Of a DNA stretch of 64,000 nt, positions 62,910 through 64,000 are shown in pieces. The notes under the pieces were generated by a model. It did not search any database. It was not told the origin of the DNA and was given only the letters and a program-made list of their open reading frames with translations. Location of the stretch: NCBI RefSeq assembly GCF_004010195.1, contig NC_057718.1:20861664-20925663 (forward strand), read 5' to 3'. The DNA comes from Chiloscyllium plagiosum. Lineage: Eukaryota. How positions within the stretch are numbered: the first letter of the stretch is position 1; every line of letters starts with the position of its first letter. A program made the translations under genes and the position numbers.

Positions 62910-64000
62910 ATAAGACATAGGAGCAGAGGTAGTCATTCCATCGATTAGGTCTACTATGCCATTCATTGATCTGATAGCTGATCTGACAATACTCAACTCC
63001 ATTTTCTTGCCTTTTCCCCATAACCTGTGGTTCTCTTAGAACATAGAACAGTACAGCTTGGGAACAGGCCCATCAGTCCAAACCAATCCCTTCTGCCTGC
63101 CCTTGGTCCATTTCCCTCCATTCCTTGCATATTAATGTGTTTATCAACAGTTCCTTAAACACCCCTAGCGTATCCGCCTCGACCACTACCCCTGGCAGTG
63201 CATTCCAAACTCCTACCACACGTTGCTTAAAAGCTTGTCCCTCTCACCTTAAATGCATGTCCCCTAGTATTATTAAGCCCCTACCGATTAAAAAATGTCT
63301 ATCTCAGCCTTGAATGTATTTAATGACCCAGCCTCGATATTTCTTCGTGGTAAAGAATTCCACAAGTTAACTCCCCTCAGGAGAAAAAAAAATCTTCATT
63401 ACTGTCTAAAATGGGTGACTCCTAATTCTGAGATTATGCCCCTAAGGTCCTAGACTCCCACACAGGGAAAACAACTCTTTCAAATCTCTGCAAAGTCTTG
63501 TATGTTTAGTAAGGCCACCACTCATTTTTCTAAACTCTAGTGAGTACAGACTCCCAATGTACTCAACCCTTTTTCATGAAATAATGCCTCTAGAAATCAA
63601 TTTAGGGAATCTTGTCTGGACTGCATCCTATGCCAGTATTTCTTACCTTCAATAAAGGGACCAAAACTTGTCATAGTAGGCCGGGTGTGATCTGACCCGT
63701 ACTTTACATAATGTTAGCAGAACCTCCCTATTTTAAGGTCTTTGAGAGGTAGGCCAGCTGTCTAATTGCCCTCCCTATTACCCACTAAATTTATATGGCC
63801 CTCCCTATTACCCACTAAATTTATATGGCAGCTTTCTGTGATTCATGCATAAGCACATCCAAATCCCTCTCTGTCTCAACTTTCTGCATTTCATGAACAA
63901 GTATAAGAACTAGGAGCAAGTGTAGGCAATTCAGCTCCTTGAGCCTACTCTGCCAAATGACACCAGCATGGCAGATCTCAGTCCAGCCTCAACCCCACTT
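62910..64000 (-). mobile_element. Cluster of degenerate CR1 3' fragments
   Basis: Several CR1-like 3' tails and RT C-terminal remnants. Confidence 0.65.

Noticed and set aside
63768..63829. 30-bp direct repeat, considered as CRISPR-like
   Set aside because: Two adjacent copies with no spacer, within a CR1 remnant in a vertebrate genome; a simple tandem duplication.

Overview
Eukaryotic vertebrate genomic DNA, AT-rich, repeat-dense, with two assembly gaps (6133-6249, 51013-51601). The repeat complement (CR1/L2 LINEs, tRNA-SINEs, Penelope-like elements) suggests a shark or other cartilaginous fish; this is inference. Three spliced genes were reconstructed by hand from GT-AG boundaries and recalled orthologue sequences. 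(1) The 5' part of slc30a6 (ZnT6) on the minus strand, from about 36036 and running off the left edge. (2) The complete cebpzos microprotein gene (79 aa, plus strand), head-to-head with slc30a6. (3) The last 12 coding exons of cebpz (minus strand), tail-to-tail with cebpzos and with apparently overlapping 3' ends. Most ORFs in the supplied track are retroelement debris or noise. Notable observations: many minimal type-I hammerhead ribozyme motifs carried by Penelope-like elements and their short derivatives, including a palindromic two-ribozyme unit; an slc30a6 exon reduced to its last 10 nt and fused to a truncated SINE; an L1-clade element with intact ends and a TSD but lacking the whole RT domain; a ~430-bp inverted copy of flanking DNA inside a Penelope insertion; and a three-layer nested insertion (solo LTR in CR1 in Penelope). 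Orthologue comparisons are from memory, not database searches, and repeat boundaries are approximate.
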